From the human T2T-CHM13v2.0 reference genome, Homo sapiens, in assembly GCF_009914755.1 (NCBI RefSeq), contig NC_060934.1: a stretch of 64,000 nt of DNA. One strand, 5' to 3'. Position 1 is the stretch's first letter. The number at the start of each line of letters is the position of its first letter. This document shows positions 29,749 through 42,000 of this stretch, piece after piece. The position numbers and the translations under genes were made by a program. Below the pieces are notes generated by a model. It saw only the letters and a program-made list of their open reading frames with translations, was not told the DNA's origin and ran no database searches.

Positions 29749-31729
29749 TTAAAATAATTTAATGTAGAGAATTAAATTATAATAAGATATAACATAGTAT
29801 TTTGTTATGAATTCATTTTGGTGAGAGATGCATATATTATTCAGCTAGATTGAAAATATAAATTAATAAATAATAAATAAAAAATAATAAAATACTAAAT
29901 CTCTCAATTTTGTGATTTGAGAGAAGTCTAATAATATTATTTTTTTTCATGAATTTCTTTGTGGGCTTCATTTTAATGGTTATTTCTGTTCATGATCTAG
30001 AAAACTGACTTCATCTTATAATTGCCATGGTTATCCTCTTTCCTCTGTTGAGACTTTATCCCTGCATGGAACTCAGCCTATTGTCTTGGATTCTCCCTTC
30101 ACATAATCAAAACCATACCAAACCATTTGCCAGTCATGTAAGTTCTTTTCAGCCTTTACCTCTCCTTCCTCACTTTGATTTAACTCTGAAGGACCCAGAG
30201 GCATTTTTGTACCTGAAGCTTTTAATGAAGAATTCAAAAACAGCAGGAGATGTACTCATCATGTGGTGGAGATGCCATATGATGTAGCTTGATGCCTGTA
30301 CTCAAGTTAGACACTTACCCACGCATCCCTTAATAGCTACCAACATATATTTTTCTGACTTAATTAATTTCTTTATGTTCTTCAAAACTCAATTCCATTA
30401 TTTTACTCTACTGGAGAAGTTTATTCTAGGTTTTCTGCTAGGCTTAGAACTTGTATTTATATATTTGGTCTCATTAATGCCTCAGATAAAAGAAAGACCT
30501 ATGTATCTATACTTGTTTTATTTATTTCGATAGTTAGAAAGACTATAAAGAACTTCCAAATTTGGGGTTTTATTTTCTTTTCTTTTCCCCTTCCATCTAT
30601 TTGTACATATAGAGCAGACAGGTTTATAAGTTTATTTTTACATAGATATGAATTTTAGCCACCCACACTTTAAAATTAGTTCAAAAGATTGTACACCTGA
30701 GGGATGCAGTGGTTCATGGATGATGACTATAGTTTGTGTATGTTACTTTGTTTATGAATGTGTGTGTTTTGTCTTCTTTAGTGACTATTGCTTTGTGAAA
30801 ACATAAATATTGTAAACAAAAGTTAAAAACATAAAATTATCTAGAATTCTGTAGGATTTTTATTTTGAAGCTTTTCTGAATTCTCCTTTTGTTCTCTATT
30901 TTAAAGCTAAGTGTAATATTCTGTTTTTCTAATTTTTTAAATTAGGAATTCTTAGAAGATATATTTTCAATTATTAATAAACTAACTTTTTGTATACTAA
31001 ACATACTATTTTGTAATCTATCACTATTCAGCAATTTTGTATATTTACATTTATTTATATTACTTGTATTGTTCAGCAACTTTTGCTAAATATTTATTTT
31101 ATATTGAGATTATCTCCAAATTTTTATTTATTATTATAATGATGCATAGAATTCTTGCTTAAATATGAACTCACAGTACAATAAAGAAGAGGAAAAATGA
31201 AGAAAAAAATCTACCTGAAAAAAAATATAAGACAGATAACCAACATTGAACACATTGTCGTTTTTTGACCATTAGGGGTGGCATCATCACACAAGAGGGA
31301 AAGCCAAAGAATAGGATGAAAGTTCAGGTAAGCCATCCAGAGAAATGGACTACATAGAATTCAGGGGTTACAGCAAGAGAGTGATTCAAGTCAGTTAAAA
31401 GGAAGAAAAACAATACAGGAGGTACAATGAAAATTTCAAAGGACAGGCAGCAGAGCCTGTGCTGAATGGTTATATTCTTCATGTTGCATCAAAAACAAAT
31501 GAGCTGCTTCCTAGAGAATAGGCTTCCCAAGTTCGAAAACTACAGCCTGCTATTCTCCCTCAAATCACTACAAAAGGCAAATCCCAGTTAAGACTGTTGG
31601 GACCTAAGTTGTTTCCTGATGTTTAAAGATGGTTCATAGATGTCTGATATAATAAATGTGAGTGGAAATTTGAGTAGGAGAGGAGGACGATTTCCTCATA
31701 GCTAAAGGAAAAAGAGAAAACAGTATTCC

Positions 31730-33405
31730 TTTTTCTTTTCTTTATTCTAAAAAAAAAAAAAAAGAAAAAACGGGATACATGTGCAAAACATGCAGCTTTT
31801 TTACCTAGGTCTACGTGTGCCATGTGGTTTGCTGCATGTATTGACCCATCCTCTAAGTTCCCTCCTTTCAACCCCCACCCTGCAATGGGCACTGGTATGT
31901 GTTGTCCCCCTCTCTGTGTCCATGTCTTCTCAATGTTCAACTCCCACTTATAAGTGAAAACATGTGGTGTTTGGTTTTCTGTTCCTGTGTTAGTTTGCTG
32001 AGGACGATGGCTTCCAGCTTCACCCATTTCCCTGCAAAGTTCATGATCTCATTTCCTTTTTATGACTGCATAGTATTCCATGGTGTATATGTACCACATT
32101 TTCTTTATCCAGTCTATCATTGATGGGTATTTGGATTGGTTCCAAGTCTTTGCTATTGTAAATAGTGCTGCAATAAACATACATGTGCATGTTTCTTTAT
32201 AGTGGAATGATTTATATTCCTTCGGTTGTATACCCAGTAATGGTATTGCTGGGTCAAATGGTATTTCTGGCTGGGTCAAATGGTATTTCTGGTTTTAGAT
32301 CATCGAGGAATCACCATACTGTCTTCCATAATGGTTGAACTAATTTTCATTCCCACCAACAGTGTAAAAGCATTCCTATTTCTCCACAGCCTCGCCAGCA
32401 TCTATTGTTTCCTGACTTTTTAATAATTGCGATTCTGACTGGCGTGAGATGGTATCTCACTGTGGTTTTGATTTGCATTTCTCTGATGAACAGTGATGTT
32501 GAGCTTTTTTCATATATTTGTTGACTGTGTAAATGTCTTCTTTTGAGAAGTGTCTGTTCATATCCTTTGCCCACTTTTTGGTGGGGTTGTTTGATTTTTT
32601 TCTTGTAAACATTTTTTAAGTTCCTTGTAAATTCTGGATATTAGACGTTTGTCAGATGGATAGATTGCAAAAATTTTCTCCCATTCTGTAGGTTGCCTAT
32701 TCACTCTGATGATAGTTTCTTTTGCTGTGCAGAAGCTCTTTAATTTAATTAGATGTCATTTGTCAGTTTTGGCTTTTGTTGCAATTGCTTTTGGCATTTT
32801 TGTCATGAAGTCTTTGCCCATTCCTATGTCCTGAATGGTATTGCTTAGGTTTTCTTCTAGAGTTTTTATGGTTTCGGGTTTTACATTTAGGTCTTTAAAC
32901 CATCTTGAATTAATTCTTGTGTAATTGCAAGGAAGGGGCGGAGCCAAGATGGCACACTAGAAGCAGTGGCATTTGGAGGCATGGAAAAGAAATACAATAA
33001 TAAGTGTGTGACTCCTTCACCGGCAACCAAGCTGTCCAGGTTCTCTCATCAAAATTGACTAGAAAGCTGGCGTGACTCACGGAGAGAAGGAAGAACAGTG
33101 TTGGTGCAGGGGCCCACCTGAGAGCCACAGGAGGAAGGGGAACCTCCCTCCCCCCAGCCAATGGAGGCAGTGAGTGAGCGTGCTATCCAGTTGGGGAAAC
33201 TGTGTTTTTTCCACATAACTGTACAACTAACGGATCGGAAGATCCCACTCTCAAACCCATGTCACCGGGGCCTAGTGTCCCGACCCTGGAATGTGCAGAT
33301 TCTTACAGCCTCTTAGCTGGAATCTGCTTATGCTTACGGAACTCCTGGCTGGGAGGGACGACCAATACCAGCTGCAGCTGCCTGCTGTCTAAGCCATTTG
33401 AGCTA
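31730..33405 (-). mobile_element. L1PA8-like inverted insertion: 3' 1.2 kb on - (31730-32938), first ~470 bp of 5'UTR on + (32935-33405)
   Basis: ORF2 C-terminal peptides on -; 3'UTR gggaacttagaggatgggtcaata; plus segment begins ggggcggagccaagatggc (L1 5' terminus). Confidence 0.9.
32945..32953 (+). promoter_or_regulatory. YY1-like motif of the L1 5'UTR
   Basis: CAAGATGGC at the canonical position near the L1 5' end; next base differs from consensus; activity unknown. Confidence 0.5.
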
Positions 33406-33419
33406 CTTATCCTCAGATA

Positions 33420-34250
33420 AGTAAGATAGTTGGACAAGATTAGAGAGAAAGGGGAGCTTTCAGGTCCCTCCATACCCCACATCCAAGCCATGAGAAAGCA
33501 ACTTCAAAAGAGCTATTTGGTGAACCTGATACGAGTCCTCTGGAGCTAGTAGAAGCTACAGGTTGGTGCCTGACTCTTGCCTTGAAAAGTTAAAAGGTAT
33601 GAGGCTGGATGGAGTTGCCTCTGATGGGAGATTGAGAAGAAAGGACTGTGGTAATCTGCACTTTCAAGTTGGAAGAGTAAAAGTGCAAAGTTCCTGAGGG
33701 GACAGAAGAAAGCTGTGAGGGTTAAAGCACATTCAAAGTGGCCCCAGCCAAGGGGATGACCGGCAGGGTATCATGTCTCCCCAAAATAGAGCTATTCTGA
33801 AACATATTGAAATAGAAATTGAGAGGGAAATCTAACAAGGTCAGTATAAGTTTGCATTTTGGCCTATCTCATGGAAGTGCCGAGAGGGGTCCTGAAGAAC
33901 AAGTAGCACTAGTACCAGAATACAAAGTTATAGTCTTATAAGCCTTTTACACTCCTTACCTCTCCTCCCCTCCTTTGGTTCAATCCACACAGTGCCAGAA
34001 GCAAGACAGGGAGTGGAGAAGGAGGATGCAGGAAGGAGGTGGAGTGTAGGCAGAAATATTATGCAACTGAGCGGTTCCTTCATCTTCATGTTTTCCATAT
34101 CAGGTTAATTAGCCACAGTCAATCTTGAACATTAAATCAACAAAGGTGTTAAAATTTTATTCATATACCAAACGAGGCTTTTGAAAATGCCAAAAACTAA
34201 AAGGGGAACGATTGTTCACCTCTGAGAGTAAGATTGATATTCATTTCTTT
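33420..34250. mobile_element. Possible ancient LTR (Gypsy-like mammalian LTR), perhaps continuing 31250-31730
   Basis: Purine-rich, higher-GC block on both sides of the L1PA8; resemblance from memory only. Confidence 0.25.
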
Positions 34251-34454
34251 TGAGTTATTAGTAGCAGTACTGGCTATTTAAAAAAAAAAAAAACAACAAC
34301 ATGAAGTCTTCTGTAGTGGCTGAAAAGTGCTTTACTATTCTAGCCACACCAGGAACTTCTCTGAGATATTCTGGATACCCCGTACCCTAACCACTATTTT
34401 GCAACTACTGTTTTAGTGCTTGGTGTAGGAGGGAGTCCCCAACATCACATTCCT

Positions 34455-34513
34455 GTTGATTGACTGGTTAGTGCCCATGTTGAACACATTATTAAATATT
34501 CGACTATTACCCA
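34455..34513 (-). mobile_element. Ancient hAT-like DNA transposon end
   Basis: Reverse complement ctgggtaatagtcgaatatttaataatgtgttcaacatgggcactaaccagtca resembles a CAGGGGTGATATTCAAAATATTTAACAAC-type terminus. Confidence 0.35.
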
Positions 34514-34639
34514 GACCAGAAAAGTTGCCTGAAAAGCTGTAGGATCATGTGATAGAATGATGAGAAACAATATTTATTTTGCTGATTGTATGGCAGCAAA
34601 TCCAGCTCATCTAAAAAATGGCTTTAATAGTAAAAAATA

Positions 34640-34865
34640 CACGTTATTGATTCTACATTGTATCATCTGCTTTTAGGCATTAGGTAATATGTTTCCTAGC
34701 AGTTTTCTGGGGTAAGCATTATCAAACCTATTTTACAGATGAGAAAACTGGGGCTCAGAAAGTAAATTTTTCCAAGTTAACAAAACTAGTAAGTGGCTGA
34801 GCTTGATTTTCAAACACAAGTGTGCCTCCAAAGACTATTCTTTCACTTTTCATATATTGCCTCTG
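34640..34865 (-). mobile_element. MIR
   Basis: Core cctattttacagatgagaaaactggggctcagaaag...ccaagttaacaaaactagtaagtgg. Confidence 0.85.
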
Positions 34866-36211
34866 ATTCAGTCTTCCTGGACTTTTGCTTCCATTTTTAT
34901 TACTTGTGCATTATGAATTTTTTTCCTCTGGTTTGCTTTCCTTTACACTAATAAGAACTGCAAAAAAAAAGTGTTTCTTTTTATTTGATTTTGCTTATTG
35001 GTTTCTTTTAACCTCAACATTACTTTTAGGCAAACATGTACTGGAAATTAGTCTGGGAAAATCTGATGTGAAGGACAGTAAAACATTCTCCTTTTGTAAG
35101 TTTGCTTTTTCAAAGTGAACTTCTGTAGGGGTAGTTTTAGCTTATCTTCATAGTAACCTGCTTTTTTGCAGAAACTGACAAAGTTGAGAACATCATTAAC
35201 AACCACATTATGAGGCTTATCAACCCTTAGTGTAATATATGTAATAGAGTAGACATGAAATGTATGCTAATTATTATAGTTTTAGCTATTAATTCTTGAT
35301 GTTGCTGAGAAAATGAGTTTCAAGTTCCCATTTTCAAATATTTCCTGTTGCACAGAATGTTAAAAATATTTTCATAGGTTACCATCTGCTAAAATAATTT
35401 AGTTAAAATTATATTTCTTATTATTGATTCACAAAGTAAATATATTTTTTAATTTAAATGAACAAGCAAATAAGCAATTATTGACGACAATGAATGTAAA
35501 AAAAATTTACTTCTTCATTCTATGTATAAAATCCTATCATCTGAAGGTGAAGAGACACATTTGGAAGCTGCAAATACCAAGAACAAGGCTGAGGCAGTTG
35601 AAAATTAAAACCACACACAAGGCCCAGTATGACATTTTAGATGTTAAATGGAATACAATTCATTTTAGATTGGATGGCCATTGTAAACCCAGGTCACTGT
35701 ATGATCTGCAATTTATATTGAGATGAAGCAGAAATAATTTTTCTGCCTCAGCTTCTTGGCTTTTAATATAATGTTTCACAGATGTCTGACCTTTGGTTTT
35801 AATATGATAATGTGGCTTCCCCCGAACTAACACCTAAAAGCTGATTGTCAGAACAGAAGTTGTTTTTAAAAGAAGAATTATACCAGATTGTGTACAAAAA
35901 GAGATGCTATGATTTTTCTTTTTAAATTCTAGATATATCAAGTTTACTTGTTCTCAGAGGTATTTCAAGATCAGTAGGCAAATATAAAAGATAGGTTTTG
36001 TTAAAGCAGAAATTATTATTAATAGTTTTTAGTTAGTTGATTGAGAGAAATGTTCAATTCTCCTTTGGAAGTATATTCATTTTTTATTACAGTTGTCACT
36101 TTGTCTTGAAGCTTTATTGTATACATCTTGTTGTCACTTGATGTCATTGCTCCTTTTTTGTCAATGCTATTTCTATGTAGCATCATTTATATTCAAATTA
36201 AATGTTTTTCC

Positions 36212-39128
36212 TGTTTTTAATTTTTTAAAAAAATTTTACTTTTAAGTTATGTGGGTAGATAGTAGCTGTACATATTTATGAGGCACATGAGATAGTTTGA
36301 TAAAGGTGTACAACGTGTAATAACTGAATCAGGGTAAATGGGGTAACAATCACCTCAAACGTTTATCTTTTCTTTGTGTTACAAACAATCTAATTATTCT
36401 CTTTTAGTTATTTTTAAATGTACAATAAATTATTATTCACTGTAGTCACCCTGTTATGCTATCAAATACTAGATCTTATTCATTCTAACTGTATTTTTGT
36501 ATTCATTCACTTTCCCTTCTTCCTCTCAGAAATCCTTCCCAGTCTCTGATAACCATCATTCTACTCTCTATCTCCATGAGTTCAATGGTATTAATTTTTA
36601 GCTCCCACAAATAAGTGATTACATGAAAAGTTTGTATTTCTGTGCCAAACTCATTTGACTTTTTTCCTGTCTTCCTTTTAGTGAAGGTGTTTTTCTCTGG
36701 TAATGTGTTTTAATTTCTTGCTTTTTATTGTTTGTGTATCTGTTACATGTTTTTTAATTTGAGTTTACCATGAGGCTTGCAAATAATGTCTCACAACCCA
36801 TTATTTTAAATTGATGACAACACTGACTGCATAAACAAAAAATCAAAAAGAAAACTAATAAAAACTCTACATTTTAACTTCGTCCCCCCATTTTTTAACT
36901 TTTTGTTGTTCTATTTATATTTTATTGTACTGCCTATATCTTGAAAAGTTATTGTAGGTAGTATTTTGATAGGTTCATCTTTAATCTTTGTACTCAAGAT
37001 GTAAATAGTTTATATACCACCATTATGGGGTTATACTATTCTGTGTTTTTCTGTTTGTTTACTGTTATCAGTGAGTTTTGCACCTTCAAATTATTCTTAC
37101 TAGTCATTAAAGTCCTTTTGTTTCAGATTTAAAAATGTCCTTTAGCATTTCTTGTAGGAAAGGTCTGATGTTGATGAAATGCATTGTCTTTCATTTGTCT
37201 TGGAAAGTATTTTCTCCTTCAAGTTTAAAGCGTATTTTCGCTGGACATATTACTCTAGGATACAAGTTTTTTTTTTTTTCCTTCAACATTTTAAATATGC
37301 CATGCCTTTCTCTCCTAGTAAGGTTTCCACTGAAAAGTCTGCTGCCAGATATATTGGAGCTCCATTTTATGTTATTTGTTTCTTTTACTGCTTTTATGAT
37401 CCTTTCTTTATCCTTGATATTTGGGAGTTTAATTACTAAATTAGTAATCTTCTTTGGGTTAAATCTCCTTGACGTTCTATAATCTTCTTGTACTTGAATA
37501 TTGATATTTTTCTGTAGTTCTGGGAAGTTCTCTGTTATTATGTATTTGAATAAATTTTCTACCCTTGTTTATCTCCTTTTTAAGGCCAGTAACACTTAGA
37601 TTTGCCATTTTGAGGCTATTTTTAGATATTGCAGGCATGCTTCTTGATTTTTCTTCATTCTTTTGTTTCCTCTGACTTGTATTTTCAAATAGCCTGTCTT
37701 CAATCTCACTAATTCTTCTACTTGATAAACTCTGCTGGTAAGTGACTCTGATGCATTTCTCAGTGTGTCAACTCCATTTTTAACTCCAGAATTTCTGCTT
37801 TCTGCTTGATTCTTTTAAATCATTTCAATCTCTTTGTTAAATTTATCTGATAGAATTTTGAATTCTTTCTGTATGTTTTCTTGAATTTTCTTGAATTTCT
37901 TTGAAACAGCTATTTTGAATTCTCTTTCAGACAGATCACATATTTCTGTCTCCCCAGGATTGGTTCCTGATGCCTTAGTTCATTTGGGGTGGTCATGTTT
38001 TCCTAGATGGTCTTGATGTTTGTGGATTTTTTTTGTGTCTGGGCACTGAAGAGTTATGTATTTATTATAGTTTCTGCAGTCTGGGCTTGTTTGTACTCAT
38101 CCTTCTTGGAAAGGTTTTCCAGGTATTCAAAGGGACTTAGATTTCGTAATCTAAGTTTTTTGTCTTCGCAGCCATATCTGCATTAGGGAGCACTCCAAGC
38201 CTAGTAATGCGATGGCCCTTGCAGACTCACAGAGGTACTGCCTTGGTAGTCGGGGATAAGATCTTGAAGAATCCTCTGGATTACCAGGTCAAGTCTTATT
38301 CTTTTCCCTTATTTTTTCCTAAACAAATGGAGTGTCTCTCTCTGTGCTGAGCTGCCTGGAGCTAAGGGAGGGGTGACATAAGCAGCACTGTGGCCACCAC
38401 AACTTAAACTGTACAAAGACCTGGAGTCAGCGTGGTACTGGGTCTCACAAAAGGCTCCACAGTAACCACTGCCTGGCTACCTCCTGTGTTTCTTAAGAAA
38501 CCAGGGCTCTTCAATTAGCATTCAACAAAACCATCCAAGTTTCTATGCTTCCCTTCAGAGTGTCCAGGTCCCCTTGGCCCCAGGTTGGTCCAGAGATGCT
38601 GTCTGATAGCCAGAGTCTGGAATTGGAAACCCTAGGAATCTAACTGGTGTTATACTCTACTGTGGCTCAGCTGGCACCCAAGCCACAAGACAAAATTCTT
38701 CCCACTCTTTCCTCCCCTTTTCACAAGTAGAGGAGTCCCTCTCCATGGCCAACACTGCCCCAGGCCCATGGTGAGTACTGCCTAGATACCAGCAATGTTC
38801 ACTCAAGGCCCAAGGGCTCTTCAGTCAACTTGTTGTAAATGCTGCCAAGCCTGGAATTCTCCCTTCAGGGCAGTGGGCTCCCCTCTCACTCAGGGCAGGT
38901 CTAGAAATGCCGTCCAAGAGGCAAGGCCTGGAATCAGGGATCCCAAGTGCCTACTGGTTGCCTTAGCCCACTGTGGCCAAGCTAGTATTGAAACTGATTT
39001 TTGGTTCTTATGAGGGTGCTGTTTTGTTAGATTTTTCATTCTTATGAAGGTGCTGTTGTTCAATTTATTGTTCCTTTAGGGAGAATGATCAGTGAAAGCT
39101 TCTATTTTGGTCATCTTGCTCCACCTCC
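36212..39128 (-). mobile_element. L1MA2/3-like element with both ends but ORF2 deleted
   Basis: 3'UTR 36212-36660 (cagggtaaatggggtaacaatcacctcaa; gtagtcaccctgttatgctatcaaatactag); inter-ORF, ORF1 and 5'UTR follow; 5' end catcttgctccacctcc. Confidence 0.85.
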
Positions 39129-39483
39129 TCTCCTAATTGTTACTAGTTGTTTTCGCACTCTTATCTGCATCTCTGACTCTCTAATTCAGGTGACATTCTG
39201 AGCTTCATTGATATTTTTTCTAGTCTTTTCCTTATAGATTTCTGAATTAATGACAGCAGGAAGATGGACAAAGCCATTTTCTATTAGTTTGACAGCTTTT
39301 TTTTAAACTGGAACTAATCACTATCCTCAGATAAATGAGTGAGAAGTTTTTGGAGTATCTTTAAATCTTTAAGAACATTTTTATTGTTGGTAATTATATA
39401 TTTGAACACTCATAGTATTACTTTTTGAGTGTGGTTCAATTATCTATTCTTGTTTCTCCATAATTGCTTGTTAAATGTTTCTG

Positions 39484-39780
<297 letters not shown>

Positions 39781-41010
39781 TAAGTTTCTGGTGCTAGGTA
39801 AGGATCGCAAGTCTTTACACTAGTTTTACAACTGTTAAGTCATCATTTGCCATAAATCAAAGTTCTCGCCTTGATATTTGTTTTCCCATCCATTATTTTA
39901 TGGGCAATTCCCTCTAAACCTATCATTGGTTATTCTTTTAATCTCTTTCTTATCTATTCAGATGTATTTTACTTGACACTAGAAAATGTTTCTTTGCCTA
40001 TAAAGATTTCTTCTTTTTCTTTTTATCCAATAGCAATTATAAAACTCAAAAGCGAACTATCAATGAAAAGTGGCCAGATCATACAGTTTTTCATTTTCCC
40101 TGCAGCCAGATGAGATGCTCTCAATTGACTGTTCCTAGAAGCCTGGAACTGCCAGTTCTTCAAGTCACTTGACTAAGTGGCCATTTCTGCACATCTCTCC
40201 TTGGACTTGGATTAACTGCCTCTTGTGTGCCCACCTTCTCCATTCTAACTGGCTTCACACTTTTTCCTGCTGTCTGATATCTTAATGCTAAACTTCTCTT
40301 CTCCTGTAGTACCTGAATAGCTTTGATCTGCAAGATGCTCCAACATTTCTTCTTGCATAAAATCCAATCCTTATTTATGCTGATATGTATGTCATCCCCC
40401 TCCAGTTTTACTCTTAAAAGCTCTCTATTATTTCAGAACTCAAACAATATGTTATACTAGCCATTCTGTTTCTTTTATCACAGATTCTCTTGACTAGCTT
40501 TTAGTCCAGAATTTACTTAAATATATAAATGAAAGGTGCTGTTCCTTTTCAATATCTTCCTCTTTTATATACCTCAGCCAAACTCGTCTCCATATTTTCA
40601 TTTAAGTACTTCTTATTCTTAATGTTCTGTACTAAATTATCATCATTTTTCTCTCACTGACTGATGATACATCACCGTTTCTCATCAGCATTCATCCATC
40701 CCATAATATTTCATTTTCATACTTTGAGTTGGTTCACTTAATAACTAGATTCTCCCTGTGGTTAACATTCCAATTATTTCATCTCCATTTCCTTAATGTT
40801 GTCTACATTTCATGTTATTTCTCTCTGATTTTATTTCATTTTTTTGTGTGTATGACAGATTTCCCTACCACAGTATTTCTCTTCTCAAGTTTACACTTTT
40901 ATTCTTCAGTAAGGTTTTTTTTTCACATTTTATATCAATTCTGCCTTTTATGTGAAATCCTATTAGCTGTTGTTTTATAACTTGTGCTTGTAATGCAGAT
41001 GGCAATTATC

Positions 41011-41012
<2 letters not shown>

Positions 41013-41049
<37 letters not shown>
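41013..41049. repeat. (TA)n microsatellite
   Basis: About 18 perfect TA units. Confidence 0.95.
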
Positions 41050-41051
<2 letters not shown>

Positions 41052-41226
41052 TCAAAACACCATATAGGCACTTATCTTCTAAATTCAATACAATTTGTAG
41101 AACCATGACATATGTTGGGGATGAAGATGCAAATAATTTAGATACTCCCCCAAGGGAGCTCATGGTACATTGGGATTACAAGAGAATAAACAGCATATTT
41201 TGCTGTATTTTAATGAGCATTTAGAC

Positions 41227-41442
41227 CAGGGTTTTCCAATCTTTTGGCTTCCCTGGGTCACACTGGAAGAACTGTCTTGGGCCACACATAAAATACACTA
41301 GCACTAAAAATAGCAGATGAGCTAAAAAAATGCAAAAAAAAATCTCATAATGTTTTAAGAAATTTTACAAATTTGTGTTGAGCTGCGTTCAAAGCCATCC
41401 TGGGCCACATGTGGCCAATGGGCCATGAGTTAGAAAAGCTTG
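41227..41442 (+). mobile_element. MER30 (hAT-Charlie)
   Basis: caggggttttccaatcttttggcttccctggg...aaagcttg; 8-bp TSD atttagac / gtttagac. Confidence 0.92.
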
Positions 41443-41524
41443 GTTTAGACAGAGTTATACAGAGGAGGCTGTGGGAACCCAGAAGAGAAGCATTTAATCC
41501 AGTCAGAGGGAAAAGTGCCTGCTG

Positions 41525-42000
41525 AATTAGTTGGTTCCCTGAGGACAGAGTCTGTGAGTGCCTTGTTCACAGTTCTTTCCCTGTTCTAGTACTTCTCTGT
41601 GCATATTGAGGGCACATATAAAATATTTAGTGAGGAAATGAGTAAGTAAAATGGCACATATGTAGATTTCTGGAACATGCTTAAGATGGCTGCAACGTTA
41701 CCAAATCAGGGATAGAAAAGCTACTGAGGACTCAGGAAACCACAAGGAGTTGACAAGACAGATTTGTAGATGCAGGTAGTTCATCTCAAGATGCAGGTAG
41801 TTCAAAACTCATAGGTGTTCAGAGGCCACTAAATGCTTTGAAGTAGGAAAGTGACATGATCTGACATATGTTTTAGAGAAATAATTCTGATCTGCAATGT
41901 GAAAAATAGATTTGAGTGGTAGAGAGTGCAGAGGCGGGGGTGAGGAAGTCCTTTAGGTGTCGCAGCTAAGACAGTGGTGATCAAATGGACTGGATGCAAA
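41525..42000. mobile_element. L2 fragments (3' end on + at 41525-41650; internal piece on - at 41815-42000)
   Basis: tccctgaggacagag...cttgttcacag; ggaaagtgacatgatctgacatatgttttagaga. Confidence 0.65.

Noticed and set aside
31749-31770. A-run on + next to the T tail, suggesting a second retroposition tail
   Set aside because: As I recall, L1PA8-type 3' ends carry an internal T-run just before the tail, so this is probably part of the element
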